Assembly: GCA_964606915.1 (NCBI GenBank)
Contig: CAZSIQ010000005.1
Span: forward strand, 8,472-72,471
Source of the DNA: an uncultured Woeseiaceae bacterium
GTDB taxonomy: Bacteria; Pseudomonadota; Gammaproteobacteria; Steroidobacterales; Woeseiaceae
DNA length: 64,000 nt
Direction of reading: 5' to 3'
Both the position numbers and the translations under genes were made by a program. Positions within the stretch are counted from its first letter, which is position 1, and each line of letters opens with the position of its first letter. The notes under the pieces are model-generated. The model was not told the DNA's origin and searched no databases. It saw only the letters and a program-made list of their open reading frames with translations. Shown piece by piece: positions 45,101-55,012 of the stretch.

Positions 45101-45370
45101 GTAGGACCCCTCACCGTCGAACAACGGCGTCCACGTGGTGCCGTTGTTTTCGGTTTTGAACAGGCCGCCGGACGATACCGCCGTGTAATACACGTGGTCG
45201 TGTTCCGGGTGGAACGCGAAGTCCGAGATTCGACCCGTTGTCAGGCCCGGCCCGATGCTTCTCAGGGGAAGGCTGGCCAGCGGATGTGCGTCGTCAGCGT
45301 AGGCATCGCCGGCAAAATGACCGGCCAGGAAAACGAATGCAACGAACAGGTTGCGAAGTGATCTAGTCAT
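42107..45370 (-). CDS. large exported Asp-box (BNR) / sortilin-Vps10-type beta-propeller repeat protein
   Basis: ATG at 45370 (MTRSLRNLFVAFVFLAG). More than 10 SxDxGxTW-type Asp boxes (SIDGGVTW, TTDGGETW, SEDGGETW, SMDGGRSW, TEDGGETW, TQDGGASW ...). Confidence 0.8.
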   Translation of the reverse strand: MTRSLRNLFVAFVFLAGHFAGDAYADDAHPLASLPLRSIGPGLTTGRISDFAFHPEHDHVYYTAVSSGGLFKTENNGTTWTPLFDGEGSYALGVVELDPANPKVVWVGTGENNAQRSVGFGDGVYKSIDGGVTWTNTGLKDSGHISQIWIDPEDSDTVLVAAQGPLWNSGGDRGLYKTTDGGETWKLILSVDEHTGINEFVVDPRNSDRIVASSYQRRRHVWTLINGGPGSGIHRSEDGGETWTEITAGLPSDNMGRIGLAGAPSDPNRIYAIIEASDDERGVYHSSDFGLRWEKRSSHMTTSPQYYNELVVDPVNPDRVFSLDTFTYESMDGGRSWSRLGIEHRHVDDHALWINPDNTAHLIIGGDGGIYESYDNGANWRHMSNLPIVQFYRIQPDYGEPFYNVCGGTQDNNSMCGPSRTTKRHGIANRDWDLVLAGDGYEPQFDPDDPNIIYAQYQYGGLARYDITSGERVFIVPHPGSGENNYKWNWNTPLIVSPHNSKRIYYAAEKLFRSDDRGNSWTAVSPDLTRQLDRNMLEVMDRVWSIDTIAKNDSTSIYGAAIALSESTLTEGLIYVGTDDGVMNVTEDGGETWRRTESFRGVPDMSLIEDTVASLHDPDVAYATIDNHKRGDHKPYVLKTENRGRSWTLISSNLPERGSAHTIVEDHVDPNLLFVGTEFGLFFTQDGGASWHRLKSGLPTISVRDIEIQRRENDLVVGTFGRGIYILDDYSPLRTKQADVSSQHLFGVRDAWSYVVGDVLGYGERGFNGADFYVAPNPPFGAVFTYRLEEGIETAQKTRRKAEIDIEKDGGDTPYPDWDTVRAEDREEDPAVLLIVRDSDGTIVQQVKGNTSAGLHRTAWDLRWPATNPVSLSSSGNRAPWSSDPQGPLAAPGEYTVSLAIRQQGELTEVGEAQSFTVKSLPQGKETSNNPDAVLAFQRKAGELYRAVTGAGRLSASLNQRIDHLKVAIPRTPAADESQEQRLRGIEARLDELNVLLLGDSSVSSRNEPTPWSVTRRAGAVYGLMLNVRSDVPEQYESSYAIAAQEFRGVLDDLTSIDSDLSALEAELERLGAPYTPGRVPQWQGTD

Positions 45371-45510
45371 GACTTCCCCTTTTCTTGTTTGCGGAGGCCG
45401 CGACTGTTTCGCAGGCATCCGTCGCCACCTTCTTTACGTCAGGTGATCGCTTGCCGAGCATCCCCAGGTGCTCGCATGGTTCATCGAACCGTCACTGCGG
45501 TGTCGCAGCG

Positions 45511-46035
45511 CTAATACTCGTATTCTTCGAGCTGTTGTCCCGTCATCGTATAGCCGGCCGTTCCCAGCTCCGAACCGCGCCGCTCCGCCTTGAAGGTGCC
45601 CACGGCCCAGACCGGGTCCCAGATGGAGTTCAGTGCAACCGGCTCTTCGAGGACAACGTAGACAATCTGGTTGGGCGGCGGCGGCGGATAATGGATGCAC
45701 GCACCGAAGTACGGTACCAGCAGGAACTCCTTTACCTTGCCTTTATCCGAGTATTCGAGCGGCACGACGAAGCCGGGCAGCTTCACCAGTTCGTCGTTGA
45801 AGTCCTCGACGATGCCGCCGAGCAGCGACTGCATCGGGATCACCGAGTCCTGGGTCTCGCTACCGGGAAACATCTCGCCGTACGGGCCGTGACTCGGCAC
45901 CGGAATCTGCTGCGTCTCGCCCTCCGGCAGCAGGTCTTCCCAACTTAGCGTGCGGACATCGTCGGCGAGTGACGGTCCGGCGAACAGCAGTGTCAGCAAG
46001 ACGCCGAGTCGCATCGAGTGTTTCAGAAATTGCAT
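45511..46035 (-). CDS. DUF3299-domain exported protein (ZrgD-like)
   Basis: 174 aa with a signal peptide. LPGFVVPLE...KEFLLVPYFGACIHYPPPPPNQ. Confidence 0.75.
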   Translation of the reverse strand: MQFLKHSMRLGVLLTLLFAGPSLADDVRTLSWEDLLPEGETQQIPVPSHGPYGEMFPGSETQDSVIPMQSLLGGIVEDFNDELVKLPGFVVPLEYSDKGKVKEFLLVPYFGACIHYPPPPPNQIVYVVLEEPVALNSIWDPVWAVGTFKAERRGSELGTAGYTMTGQQLEEYEY

Positions 46036-46047
46036 AGGTGCTCCGAG

Positions 46048-47292
46048 CTAAACCTTGACGGTGAGGCCATCTGCGAGTGAGTTCCGGTACGCGCGCCACG
46101 CCGGAATGATGCTGACCAGCACCGCGATCAACAGTATTCCAGCAAGCACCGCGAAATCAAAGACGCGCAGACCGACACTCAGCTGTATGCCGAACTCCGC
46201 GAGCGCGTACGACCTGACGAGAACCACGGCCAGTTGGACCGTCAGCAAACCGGTCAGTGCGCCGAGAAAGGCCAACAGTGCCGCCTCGGACAACAATAAC
46301 GAGAAAATATGGCCCGGCCGTGCGCCAACGGAACGCAGCACGGACATCTCCCGGCGGCGCTCGTTCAGACTGACCAGCAGGGTCGCGAGCAGGCCAAGAA
46401 CACCGGCGAGGACGACCATCGCAGAGACGCCAAGCAATGCGTACTCGGCAACGCCGATCAGGCCCCAGAGCTGTTGCAGCGCGACGCCGGGAATCACGGC
46501 CGACAGCGGTTCACGCTGGTATTCGTTGAGGAACCGCTGCACGGAAAAGACGGCGATCCGGGACTTGAGTCCAACCATCACCGCCGTGATGGCCTCCGGC
46601 TCGTAGTCGTCCAGCGCCGGCGGCGTCTTGAAGTCACCCGGTGCGGTGTGTATCAGGTCCATGCCGGCCAGGCTGATGTGTACCGTCCGATCGACAGGAG
46701 TACCGGTTCGTTCCAGCACGCCCACGACCGTAAACGGGTTGTCGTCGTGGGTTACGAAACTGGTCGCGGTCAGGCCGTGCGATATGACGATCTTCTGGCC
46801 GATCTCGTACTGGAGCCGGTCTGCCACCTCCGCACCGATGACCGCATCGGTAGCGGTGGTGAACACATCGCCCTTGGCGAGACCGAGCGATCGACCGTCC
46901 GCGTACTGGTAGTGCTCGAAGTAATCGAGGTTGGTGCCGAGGACCCGGTATCCCTGGTGTGCATCGCCCAAAGAGATCGGAATGAGCCAGTCAACCTCCC
47001 TGCGCGCCTGAATCGTCTCGAAACTGTCCCAGCTGATGTTGTTTGTCGGGTTGCCGATCCTGAATACCGAGTAGAGCAACAGGTTCAGGTCGCCGCTGCG
47101 TGCGCCGATGATCAGGTCCGTTCCCGATATCGTGTTTGCGAAGCTCGTCTGCGCATCGGTGCGCACGCGATCAACCACGCTGAGCAGTGCGGCGCTGACG
47201 GCGATCGACGCCAGCGTCAGTGCGGCGGTACCGCGCCGGTTCCAGAGACTCTTGAACCCGAGCGAAAACGTGTTGCGCAGGCTAAGCAGCAT
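46048..47292 (-). CDS. ABC transporter permease, FtsX/MacB type (ZrgC-like)
   Basis: ORF to 47376 overlaps the ATPase. The ATG at 47292 (MLLSLRNTFSLGFKSLWNRR) overlaps the ATPase stop by 11 nt. 1+3 TM topology. Confidence 0.8.
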   Translation of the reverse strand: MLLSLRNTFSLGFKSLWNRRGTAALTLASIAVSAALLSVVDRVRTDAQTSFANTISGTDLIIGARSGDLNLLLYSVFRIGNPTNNISWDSFETIQARREVDWLIPISLGDAHQGYRVLGTNLDYFEHYQYADGRSLGLAKGDVFTTATDAVIGAEVADRLQYEIGQKIVISHGLTATSFVTHDDNPFTVVGVLERTGTPVDRTVHISLAGMDLIHTAPGDFKTPPALDDYEPEAITAVMVGLKSRIAVFSVQRFLNEYQREPLSAVIPGVALQQLWGLIGVAEYALLGVSAMVVLAGVLGLLATLLVSLNERRREMSVLRSVGARPGHIFSLLLSEAALLAFLGALTGLLTVQLAVVLVRSYALAEFGIQLSVGLRVFDFAVLAGILLIAVLVSIIPAWRAYRNSLADGLTVKV

Positions 47293-48010
47293 CGGGCTGT
47301 CGCTCAACCTGGTTGACGGTCTGCAGATCGATCGCCTCATCAAAATGACTGGCGAGCGATCGGTCATGACTGACAAATATCACGGTGCTCTTCGCGCTCT
47401 CGCACTCGGACAGCAGCAAACTGACAAAATCACGCCGTCGATCGGCGTCGAGCGACGAGGTCGGTTCGTCGGCGATGATCAGCTCCGGTCGACCAATCAG
47501 CGCCCTCGCGGCAGCAACGCGCTGCTGCTGGCCAACACTGAGCTCAGTGGAACGCCTGGCGCGCAGTCGGTCGTCGATACCGAGCGCAGACAGCAGTCGC
47601 GAAGCCGACGCCTCCACCGTGCCATCATCTTTCTGCGCCCGCTCCAGTCGGCGCTGCGAGTAGCGGCACGGCAGGCAGACGTTTTCCACCACGGACAGGT
47701 AAGGCACCAGGTTGAACTGCTGGAAAATAATGCCGAGGTGGTCCGCCCTGATCCGGTCCCGCTCCGAACCCTTCATCGCCGACAGGTCCTTGCCCATCAC
47801 GGATACGCTGCCCTCATCCGGGACCAGGACGCCGCCGATCATGGACAGCAGGGTGCTTTTTCCGCAGCCGCTGGGACCATAGAGAAAGACACGTCGGGTC
47901 GGCTCAATCGACAGATCATCGATGGACAAGATCATTTCGCCAGGCGTGTAGCCGAATCGAAGCTTGTCGACGGATACGGCGAACTCGTACCCCGTTCGAT
48001 CATCGGACAC
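47282..48010 (-). CDS. ABC transporter ATP-binding protein (ZrgB-like)
   Basis: ORF to 48178 overlaps the upstream gene. A GTG at 48010, 6 nt after that stop, leaves about 45 aa before Walker A GPSGCGKST. LSVGQQQRV, LIIADEPTSSLD. Confidence 0.8.
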   Translation of the reverse strand: MSDDRTGYEFAVSVDKLRFGYTPGEMILSIDDLSIEPTRRVFLYGPSGCGKSTLLSMIGGVLVPDEGSVSVMGKDLSAMKGSERDRIRADHLGIIFQQFNLVPYLSVVENVCLPCRYSQRRLERAQKDDGTVEASASRLLSALGIDDRLRARRSTELSVGQQQRVAAARALIGRPELIIADEPTSSLDADRRRDFVSLLLSECESAKSTVIFVSHDRSLASHFDEAIDLQTVNQVERQPDAA

Positions 48011-48015
48011 GGCGT

Positions 48016-48867
<852 letters not shown>

Positions 48868-49037
48868 TGAATATCCTTGTTCAGGCCGTGGACCATGGGT
48901 ACGGCTCATGCCACCTATTCTACATAGACGCCTCCCAGACTGCCCCGTTCCGGCCCATTCGCAGTTTTTTCCGACGTTAAGCCACGCTTTTGGCATCGAA
49001 AAATGCCTCCCCGCCCTGCGGTCTCGACGAGGAAAAA

Positions 49038-49060
49038 GATATGTTGTAACGTTTGTATCT
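49038..49060. promoter_or_regulatory. half-site Zur-box-like sequence in the divergent promoter region
   Basis: GATATGTTGTAACGTTTGTATCT. Only one half (ATGTTGTAA) fits the consensus, about 12/23 overall. 25 nt upstream of the GTPase ATG. Confidence 0.2.
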
Positions 49061-49084
49061 CCCCTTAATCTGGAACACCCGACC

Positions 49085-50299
49085 ATGCAAGCGTCTCCGG
49101 CAGCAAGACTGCCCGTAACCGTCCTGTCCGGCTTTCTCGGTGCCGGCAAAACCACGGTTCTCAGTCACGTCCTGAACAACCGCGAAGGCAAGCGAGTCGC
49201 GGTAATCGTTAATGACATGAGTGAGATCAACATCGACTCGTCGATTGTGCAAAACGAGGTCTCGCTGAACCGCAGCGAGGAGAAGCTCGTTGAAATGAGC
49301 AACGGCTGCATCTGCTGCACGCTTCGCGAAGATCTCCTGGAGGAAGTCACCAAGCTCGCGAAGGACGGCCGTTTCGACTACCTGCTGATTGAGTCCACCG
49401 GCATTTCAGAACCCCTTCCGGTCGCTGAAACGTTCACGTTTGCCGACGAGGACGGCATCTCGTTGTCCGATGTCGCTCGGCTGGACACGATGGTGACGGT
49501 GGTGGACGCGGTGAACTTTTTGAAGGACTACGAAACCGCGAAGCTCTTACAGGACACCGGCGAATCGCTGGGCGAGGAGGACGAGCGTAGTGTCGCTGAC
49601 CTGCTGGTAGACCAGGTCGAGTTCGCCGACATTATCCTGATCAGCAAGACCGATCTCGTCGACGAAAAGGACGTGGATCGGCTCACCGCCATCCTCAAGA
49701 CGCTGAATACCGACGCAAAGATCATCCCCATCGAGAACGGCAACGTCGATATTGACTCGGTGCTCAGTACCGGCCTGTTCGATTTCGAAAAGGCGCAACT
49801 CGCGCCGGGATGGCTCAAAGAGATGCGTGGCGAACACGTACCGGAGACGGAAGAGTACGGCATCAGCAGTTTCACCTACCTTGCCCGGCGGCCGTTCCAC
49901 CCGCAGAAATTCCACGACTTTCTCCACAACACGAGGGGCTACGGCAACCTGATTCGATCCAAGGGGTACTTCTGGCTTGCCTCGCGACCCGAGTTTGCGG
50001 GCTCATGGAGCCAGGCAGGCGGCATCGCGCGGTACGGATTCGCTGGCATGTTCTGGAAGGCCGTGCCACAGACGAACTGGCCCGATGACGAAGAGTATCT
50101 CGAGAGCATCAAGAAGAACTGGGTCGAACCGTTCGGCGACATGCGCCAGGAGCTGGTGTTTATCGGCCAGGGCCTCGACAAGGAAAAAGTTACGCTTGCA
50201 CTGGATGCCTGCCTGCTGACTGAAGAAGAGACCCTTCGAGGGAGGGCTTACTGGGAGACACTGCCCGATCCGTTCCCGACCTGGGAGCGACAGGAGTGA
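49085..50299 (+). CDS. zigA: COG0523 zinc metallochaperone GTPase (ZigA/YeiR-like)
   Basis: ATG at 49085. P-loop GFLGAGKTT, metal motif [22 protein letters not shown]. CobW C-terminal domain. Confidence 0.8.
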   Translation: MQASPAARLPVTVLSGFLGAGKTTVLSHVLNNREGKRVAVIVNDMSEINIDSSIVQNEVSLNRSEEKLVEMSNGCICCTLREDLLEEVTKLAKDGRFDYLLIESTGISEPLPVAETFTFADEDGISLSDVARLDTMVTVVDAVNFLKDYETAKLLQDTGESLGEEDERSVADLLVDQVEFADIILISKTDLVDEKDVDRLTAILKTLNTDAKIIPIENGNVDIDSVLSTGLFDFEKAQLAPGWLKEMRGEHVPETEEYGISSFTYLARRPFHPQKFHDFLHNTRGYGNLIRSKGYFWLASRPEFAGSWSQAGGIARYGFAGMFWKAVPQTNWPDDEEYLESIKKNWVEPFGDMRQELVFIGQGLDKEKVTLALDACLLTEEETLRGRAYWETLPDPFPTWERQE

Positions 50300-50985
50300 A
50301 TCCGACCCCGTCGACCGGCCCATCCAGCTCGAAGCCCTTCATCCCCGATCCGAACCTGGCACGGTCTCCGGTCTGGGGGGACGACCCGGCCGTGCTTGCC
50401 GACGTTTTCAAAGATGACGTCAATATCGCCACCTGGCGACGCGAACTACCGATCGAACTGCGCGATGTCGTCAGCAGTGTCGTCGCGTCGAGCCCGTCAT
50501 TGACGGTTTCAATGAGCGTTGCGCCGGACAGCGCGCTTGACCGCGTCAGCGAATCGCTCGGCACCGGCAATGACTGCTCACTCAGCCACGACGTAGCCGA
50601 ACTGGTCGACATGTTTTGCTACCTGCTGGGCATTAAACGCGCCGGACTCCGTCTCGCGGTTCTGAACAGCGCGATGTGCCCGAAATTCCACGTCGACCGG
50701 GTACCGTGCCGACTGATCACCACCTACCAGGGCGGCGGCACCGAGTGGTTGCAGCACGACGCCGTGAATCGCTCGAAGCTCGGGCTGGGCAGCGGCGGCC
50801 AGCCGGACGACAGTTCCGGCCTTTACCCGTCGGGCACGGAGATTGAACAGCTCAGCTGCGGTGAGGTTTCCCTGATGAAGGGCGAGCTCTGGGAAAACAA
50901 CGAAGGCGCAGGGCTCGTACATCGCTCGCCGGCCGTAACCGACGGAATTCCCCGGCTGCTGCTGTCGCTGGACGTATCCGACTAG
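50296..50985 (+). CDS. DUF1826-like protein
   Basis: GTG start overlapping the GTPase stop (GTGA). 229 aa. [24 protein letters not shown] pattern. Family call is from memory. Confidence 0.55.
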   Translation: MNPTPSTGPSSSKPFIPDPNLARSPVWGDDPAVLADVFKDDVNIATWRRELPIELRDVVSSVVASSPSLTVSMSVAPDSALDRVSESLGTGNDCSLSHDVAELVDMFCYLLGIKRAGLRLAVLNSAMCPKFHVDRVPCRLITTYQGGGTEWLQHDAVNRSKLGLGSGGQPDDSSGLYPSGTEIEQLSCGEVSLMKGELWENNEGAGLVHRSPAVTDGIPRLLLSLDVSD

Positions 50986-50999
50986 GTGCGTCGCTGACC

Positions 51000-52217
51000 C
51001 TAAAGCCAGCCCAACGAGCGCACCAGCAAACGAATACCGAGACCGGCTGTCACCAGCAGAACGCCTGCACCAAGCACGTTGGCAAGGCGTCCGTTCACAT
51101 AGGTGCCGAGCAGCTTTGGCTGGTTCATAACGAGCAACAGGAAGCCGGCCACAAACGGCAACAGCAGCCCGTTGGCAAACTGCGCGGTCACGATCAGTTC
51201 AATGGGCCGAATGCCGGTGACCGCCAGCAGCGATCCGGACAGCAGGACACACGCGGCGGTGCCACGGAACCCCCGGCTGCGAACGTCAGTGTCGAGACCC
51301 AGTATCTCGGTGACGACAAAGGCGGTCGCCAGCGGCGCCGCAATCGCGCTGGTCAGGCCGGCCGCGAACAGGCCCGTTCCCAGCAGTATCTTGCTCGCCG
51401 AGCCGAAAACCCCTTCCAGCTGCCGCGCCATGTCGGCCGCGTTTTCGACCGTGTGACCCGCGGCAAACAGGCCGGCAGCGGCCGTGCAGACGATCAGTAT
51501 GGCGATCAACCCGCCGAGGCCGATCGATACGGTCGTGTCGAACCTGGCCTCTGCGACGTCATTGCCGCCACGCCATCGGGCTTTTGCTGCGGACGCATGC
51601 AGGAACAGGTTGTACGGCACGATTGTCGTTCCGATCAGGGCGATAACCGTCAACAGGCTGCCGTCCGGAAGGCTCGGTACGAAAGCCCCGCGGAACAACT
51701 CGCCCCACGCAGGGCGCACCATTGCGAAAGTCACGATGAAGGCCACGGCCATCAGCAGCACGAGGCCGAGCAGTGTCCTTTCGACGAGGCGGTAGCTGCC
51801 GGCCGACAGCAGAAGCAGCGACAAAATGAAGATCCCGGCGACGACCGCCGGCGTTGCGGACGCGTCAATACCGGTCAGCGTGATAACGCCCGCCGTAGCG
51901 CCCGCGATATTGCCCGCTTCGTAGGCACAGTTTCCGATGAATATGGCAATCAGCACGGTCGCGAACACCGGCCAGCGCCACACGGAGTTCTGCAAGGTGT
52001 CCCGAATGGCGGCGCCCAGCCCGAGCTGGCCCACGGTGCCGAGCCGCGACGACATTTCCTGCAGCACAACGGTCGCCACCGTGGCGAATACCAGCGCCCA
52101 GATGAGCGCATAGCCAAAATTTGCGCCGGCAAGCGTGCTGGTGGTCACGGTGCCCGGTCCGATGAAAGCCGCCGCGACCAGCGCGCCCGGACCGATATTG
52201 CGGAGTCGCTCGAACAT
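51000..52217 (-). CDS. Nramp/SLC11-like transporter with non-canonical metal-site residues
   Basis: ATG at 52217 (MFERLRNIGPG). Aligns without gaps to MntH TM1 and TM6, but DPGN is GPGT and MPH is VPY. Confidence 0.8.
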   Translation of the reverse strand: MFERLRNIGPGALVAAAFIGPGTVTTSTLAGANFGYALIWALVFATVATVVLQEMSSRLGTVGQLGLGAAIRDTLQNSVWRWPVFATVLIAIFIGNCAYEAGNIAGATAGVITLTGIDASATPAVVAGIFILSLLLLSAGSYRLVERTLLGLVLLMAVAFIVTFAMVRPAWGELFRGAFVPSLPDGSLLTVIALIGTTIVPYNLFLHASAAKARWRGGNDVAEARFDTTVSIGLGGLIAILIVCTAAAGLFAAGHTVENAADMARQLEGVFGSASKILLGTGLFAAGLTSAIAAPLATAFVVTEILGLDTDVRSRGFRGTAACVLLSGSLLAVTGIRPIELIVTAQFANGLLLPFVAGFLLLVMNQPKLLGTYVNGRLANVLGAGVLLVTAGLGIRLLVRSLGWL

Positions 52218-52445
52218 CGCGGCCAGTATAGCCGCAGCGTGCTCTCGCAACCGGCCAAAGAACTGCAAATTAAACCGACCGACGCCGTCAGAAATGCCGG
52301 GCCGGCAAGGCAATGTCGGTTATCATTACGATATCAACGTCTTCCAGCGTGTCCGCTTTCTGTAAGCCCCGGCCACTGGAGATGTCCCGACAGTCAATCC
52401 AAGCCAACGGAGCAAACGGGCTTTGCCTTCATCACGAGCCATTCA

Positions 52446-54317
52446 ATGCCGCCCAAGTCGAGGCTCGACATGCAGGCACTGACCACCGAAATGATGGTGG
52501 TCATGGGTGTGATGCTCCTGACCATCCTGCTGTTCGTGACCGACAAGCTCCGTGTCGATGTCACGGCGATCTTCATCCTGACATTGCTCGGGCTGATTGC
52601 CTCGATGCCGGGCCTGCAGCCAATCCTCAGCACGGACCAGCTGTTCTCGGGATTTGCCAGTAACGCCGTCATCTCAATCATCGCCGTCATGATCATCGGG
52701 CGCGGCCTGGACAAGACCGGCGTCATGAACATCATCGCGGCCGTGATCTTTCGCTACAGCGGGCGGCGGGAACACCATGTCATGACGGCGACCTCAGGGT
52801 CGGTCGCTGTGCTCTCTTCGTTTATGCAGAACATCGGAGCCGCCGCGCTGTTTATGCCGGTGGTCTCAAGACTGTCGACGCAAACGGGCCTGCCGATCTC
52901 GCGACTGCTGATGCCCATGGCGTTTTCCGCCATCCTCGGCGGCACACTGACCATGGTGGCGTCCAGTCCGCTGATTGCTCTGAACGACCTGATCGATGCG
53001 AAGAACGAAACGCTGCCGATGGCCGACCGCCTGTCAAACTTAAGCCTGTTTGACGTGACACCGGTCGGCCTCGTGCTCGTCGCCGCCGGACTGATCTATT
53101 TCATGACACTGGGCAAACGACTGCTGCCGTCCCGGGACATGAATCCAACCGCTCGCGCAACCGGCACCGCGCGTTACATGCGCCGCATTCACGGCGTTGA
53201 CGCCGCCGTTCGCGAAATCATCGTGCCGCGCGGCAGTCCTATCGTCGGGTTCACCATCGACGATATCCAGAGAAAGTACCAAGTGCGTATCGTCGCCACC
53301 CGCTACAACGAGCGCAGCTACATCGAGCCACCCACCGAGACGGTCATCACGGCTCCGGCGATCCTCGGCGTCATTGCAGAACCGGCACCGCTGCGAACGT
53401 TCCTGTCGGAAGGCCGCCTGACCCTGCGCCGCAAGCTCCGCGACTTTCGATACATGCTGGCGCGCTCCATTGCCGGCATCGCGGAGATTGTCATCCCGCC
53501 GCAGTCATCGCTGATCGGCAAGACCGCCAGCGAAATCCGCATGCGCAAGGTCTATGGCCTGACCCTTTTGTCGATCCTGCGCGCCGGCAAGGCGATCAAG
53601 GAACGCTACTGGGAAGTGCCCATCCAGGCCGGCGACACCCTGCTCGTGCACACGCAATGGGAAGACCTCGCGATACTCGAAGGAAACCGGGATTTTGTTG
53701 TCGTAACGAGCAACTACCCGAGAGAGTCGCAACACCCTTACAAGGTTGCACTGGCGCTGTCGTTCTTTGCCCTGTCACTGTCACTGGTGGTGTTGTCCGA
53801 CGTGCCGGTGCCGGTTGCCTTTTTGACCGGCGCCGTGGGCATGATCCTGTTCGGGGTGCTGTCTATCGATGAAGCGTACCGGGCAGTCAGCTGGCAGACG
53901 GTATTTCTGCTTGCAGGACTGCTACCGCTCGGAACAGCCGCGGCCACCACCGGCGTAGCCGACTACCTCGCGCAGGCCCTGTTGCAGACAGCGGGAGATC
54001 CCCCGGCGTGGGTGCTGCAAGCGCTGCTGGCCGTGCTCGCCACGGTTCTCACGCTGATCATGTCGAATGTCGGTGCCACGGTGATCCTCGTCCCCATCGC
54101 GATAAGTGTTGCCCTTGGCGCAGATGCGAACCCGACGATGTTCGCGCTCACCGTGGCTCTGGCTGCATCAAACTCCTTCATCCTGCCGACACACCAGGTC
54201 AACGCACTGGTCATGGGTCCCGGGAAATACCGGGTGGGCGATTACATCCGCGTCGGCGGCATCATGACCCTGCTTTTCCTGGCCGTCGTCATCGTGATGC
54301 TAAACCTGGTGTTCTAG
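52446..54317 (+). CDS. SLC13/DASS-family permease with two central TrkA-C (RCK-C) domains
   Basis: ORF from 51453 is antisense to the Nramp-like gene for its first 330 codons. The ATG at 52446 (or 52470) precedes the first TM. Two IVPRGSPIVG/IPPQSSLIGK-type TrkA-C units sit between the transmembrane halves. Confidence 0.8.
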   Translation: MPPKSRLDMQALTTEMMVVMGVMLLTILLFVTDKLRVDVTAIFILTLLGLIASMPGLQPILSTDQLFSGFASNAVISIIAVMIIGRGLDKTGVMNIIAAVIFRYSGRREHHVMTATSGSVAVLSSFMQNIGAAALFMPVVSRLSTQTGLPISRLLMPMAFSAILGGTLTMVASSPLIALNDLIDAKNETLPMADRLSNLSLFDVTPVGLVLVAAGLIYFMTLGKRLLPSRDMNPTARATGTARYMRRIHGVDAAVREIIVPRGSPIVGFTIDDIQRKYQVRIVATRYNERSYIEPPTETVITAPAILGVIAEPAPLRTFLSEGRLTLRRKLRDFRYMLARSIAGIAEIVIPPQSSLIGKTASEIRMRKVYGLTLLSILRAGKAIKERYWEVPIQAGDTLLVHTQWEDLAILEGNRDFVVVTSNYPRESQHPYKVALALSFFALSLSLVVLSDVPVPVAFLTGAVGMILFGVLSIDEAYRAVSWQTVFLLAGLLPLGTAAATTGVADYLAQALLQTAGDPPAWVLQALLAVLATVLTLIMSNVGATVILVPIAISVALGADANPTMFALTVALAASNSFILPTHQVNALVMGPGKYRVGDYIRVGGIMTLLFLAVVIVMLNLVF

Positions 54318-54349
54318 GAAGCTTTCGAAGAGCAGGAATTCCACCCGCG

Positions 54350-54910
54350 CTAGCCCGGCGCCTCCTGTTCGACGCAGACCAGCTCGCTGTCAGCCTCGGA
54401 CAAGGTCTCTTCCAGTAAACCGCAGCGGTGCGGCTTGCCGTTGTCATGGTCTTTCTGAAAGTAGCGGCAAGTCCGACAGGCGGCGAACGGTTTACCGCCG
54501 TGTGTCTCCAGCATATTTGCCAATAAGGTCTTCAGGCCGTCACTCAACTGCACCTGCTCTTTAGCGGTGAGGCTACCGGCTGCGAGCTCAAGATCAGCCA
54601 GCGGATCCTTGTTGAGCAGCGCCCTACCCCGGCGCGTCAGTTCGAGCCGGACATTCCGACGATCCGTTGGCACAGGCACCTTCCTGATCAGGTCTTTACG
54701 CTCCAGCGCCGTCAGCGTCTGCGACACGGTGCCTTTGGTCATGCCGAGATACGTCGTAACGGCGCCGGGACTCCGGGAAAAACGATTGGCACGCCCGAGG
54801 TAGCGCAACGCTTCCCATTGAGTGGGCTTCAGGCCATGCCGGTGCGCATCGTTCTGCAACAGGCGACCCAGTCGCTCAAGCAGTACGGGCAGTTCTGTCC
54901 TCTTGTTCAT
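54350..54910 (-). CDS. MarR-family regulator with a Cys/His-rich C-terminal tail
   Basis: 186 aa. Winged-helix core (TYLGMTKGTVSQTLTALERKDLI, DRRNVRLELT). Tail is CRTCRYFQKDHDNGKPHRCGLL...LVCV. Confidence 0.8.
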   Translation of the reverse strand: MNKRTELPVLLERLGRLLQNDAHRHGLKPTQWEALRYLGRANRFSRSPGAVTTYLGMTKGTVSQTLTALERKDLIRKVPVPTDRRNVRLELTRRGRALLNKDPLADLELAAGSLTAKEQVQLSDGLKTLLANMLETHGGKPFAACRTCRYFQKDHDNGKPHRCGLLEETLSEADSELVCVEQEAPG

Positions 54911-54966
54911 GAGTTAATAGTATCGACTAAAAACGTTTCTTGCAATTCCCGGAATCGGTGTTTATC

Positions 54967-54981
54967 GTTTCGACTCGAAAC
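54967..54981. promoter_or_regulatory. 15-bp perfect palindrome in the divergent MarR / secreted-protein promoter region
   Basis: GTTTCGA-C-TCGAAAC, flanked by TATCGAC direct repeats at 54921 and 54985. Confidence 0.4.
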
Positions 54982-55012
54982 TGTTATCGACAACCCAAAC
55001 AGGAGACTGAAG

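Noticed and set aside
48868-49155. Upstream extension of the ZrgA-like ORF, plus the 48494..49084 extension of the GTPase ORF
   Set aside because: The extensions overlap each other on opposite strands inside what is clearly a divergent promoter region. Internal ATGs at 48867 (AAGGA RBS) and 49085 give sensible N-termini.
51453-52445. N-terminal 330 codons of the 954-aa ORF 51453..54317
   Set aside because: This part is antisense to the Nramp-like gene and is R/G/Q/D-rich with no hydrophobic helices. The SLC13 permease begins plausibly at the ATG at 52446 (or 52470), just before the first TM.
52218-52445. MntR/Fur box or Mn riboswitch upstream of the Nramp-like gene
   Set aside because: I recognised no AAACATAGC-type MntR palindrome or Fur-box 19-mer. 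The only repeat is a short GCAAA/TTTGC hairpin near the SLC13 start.
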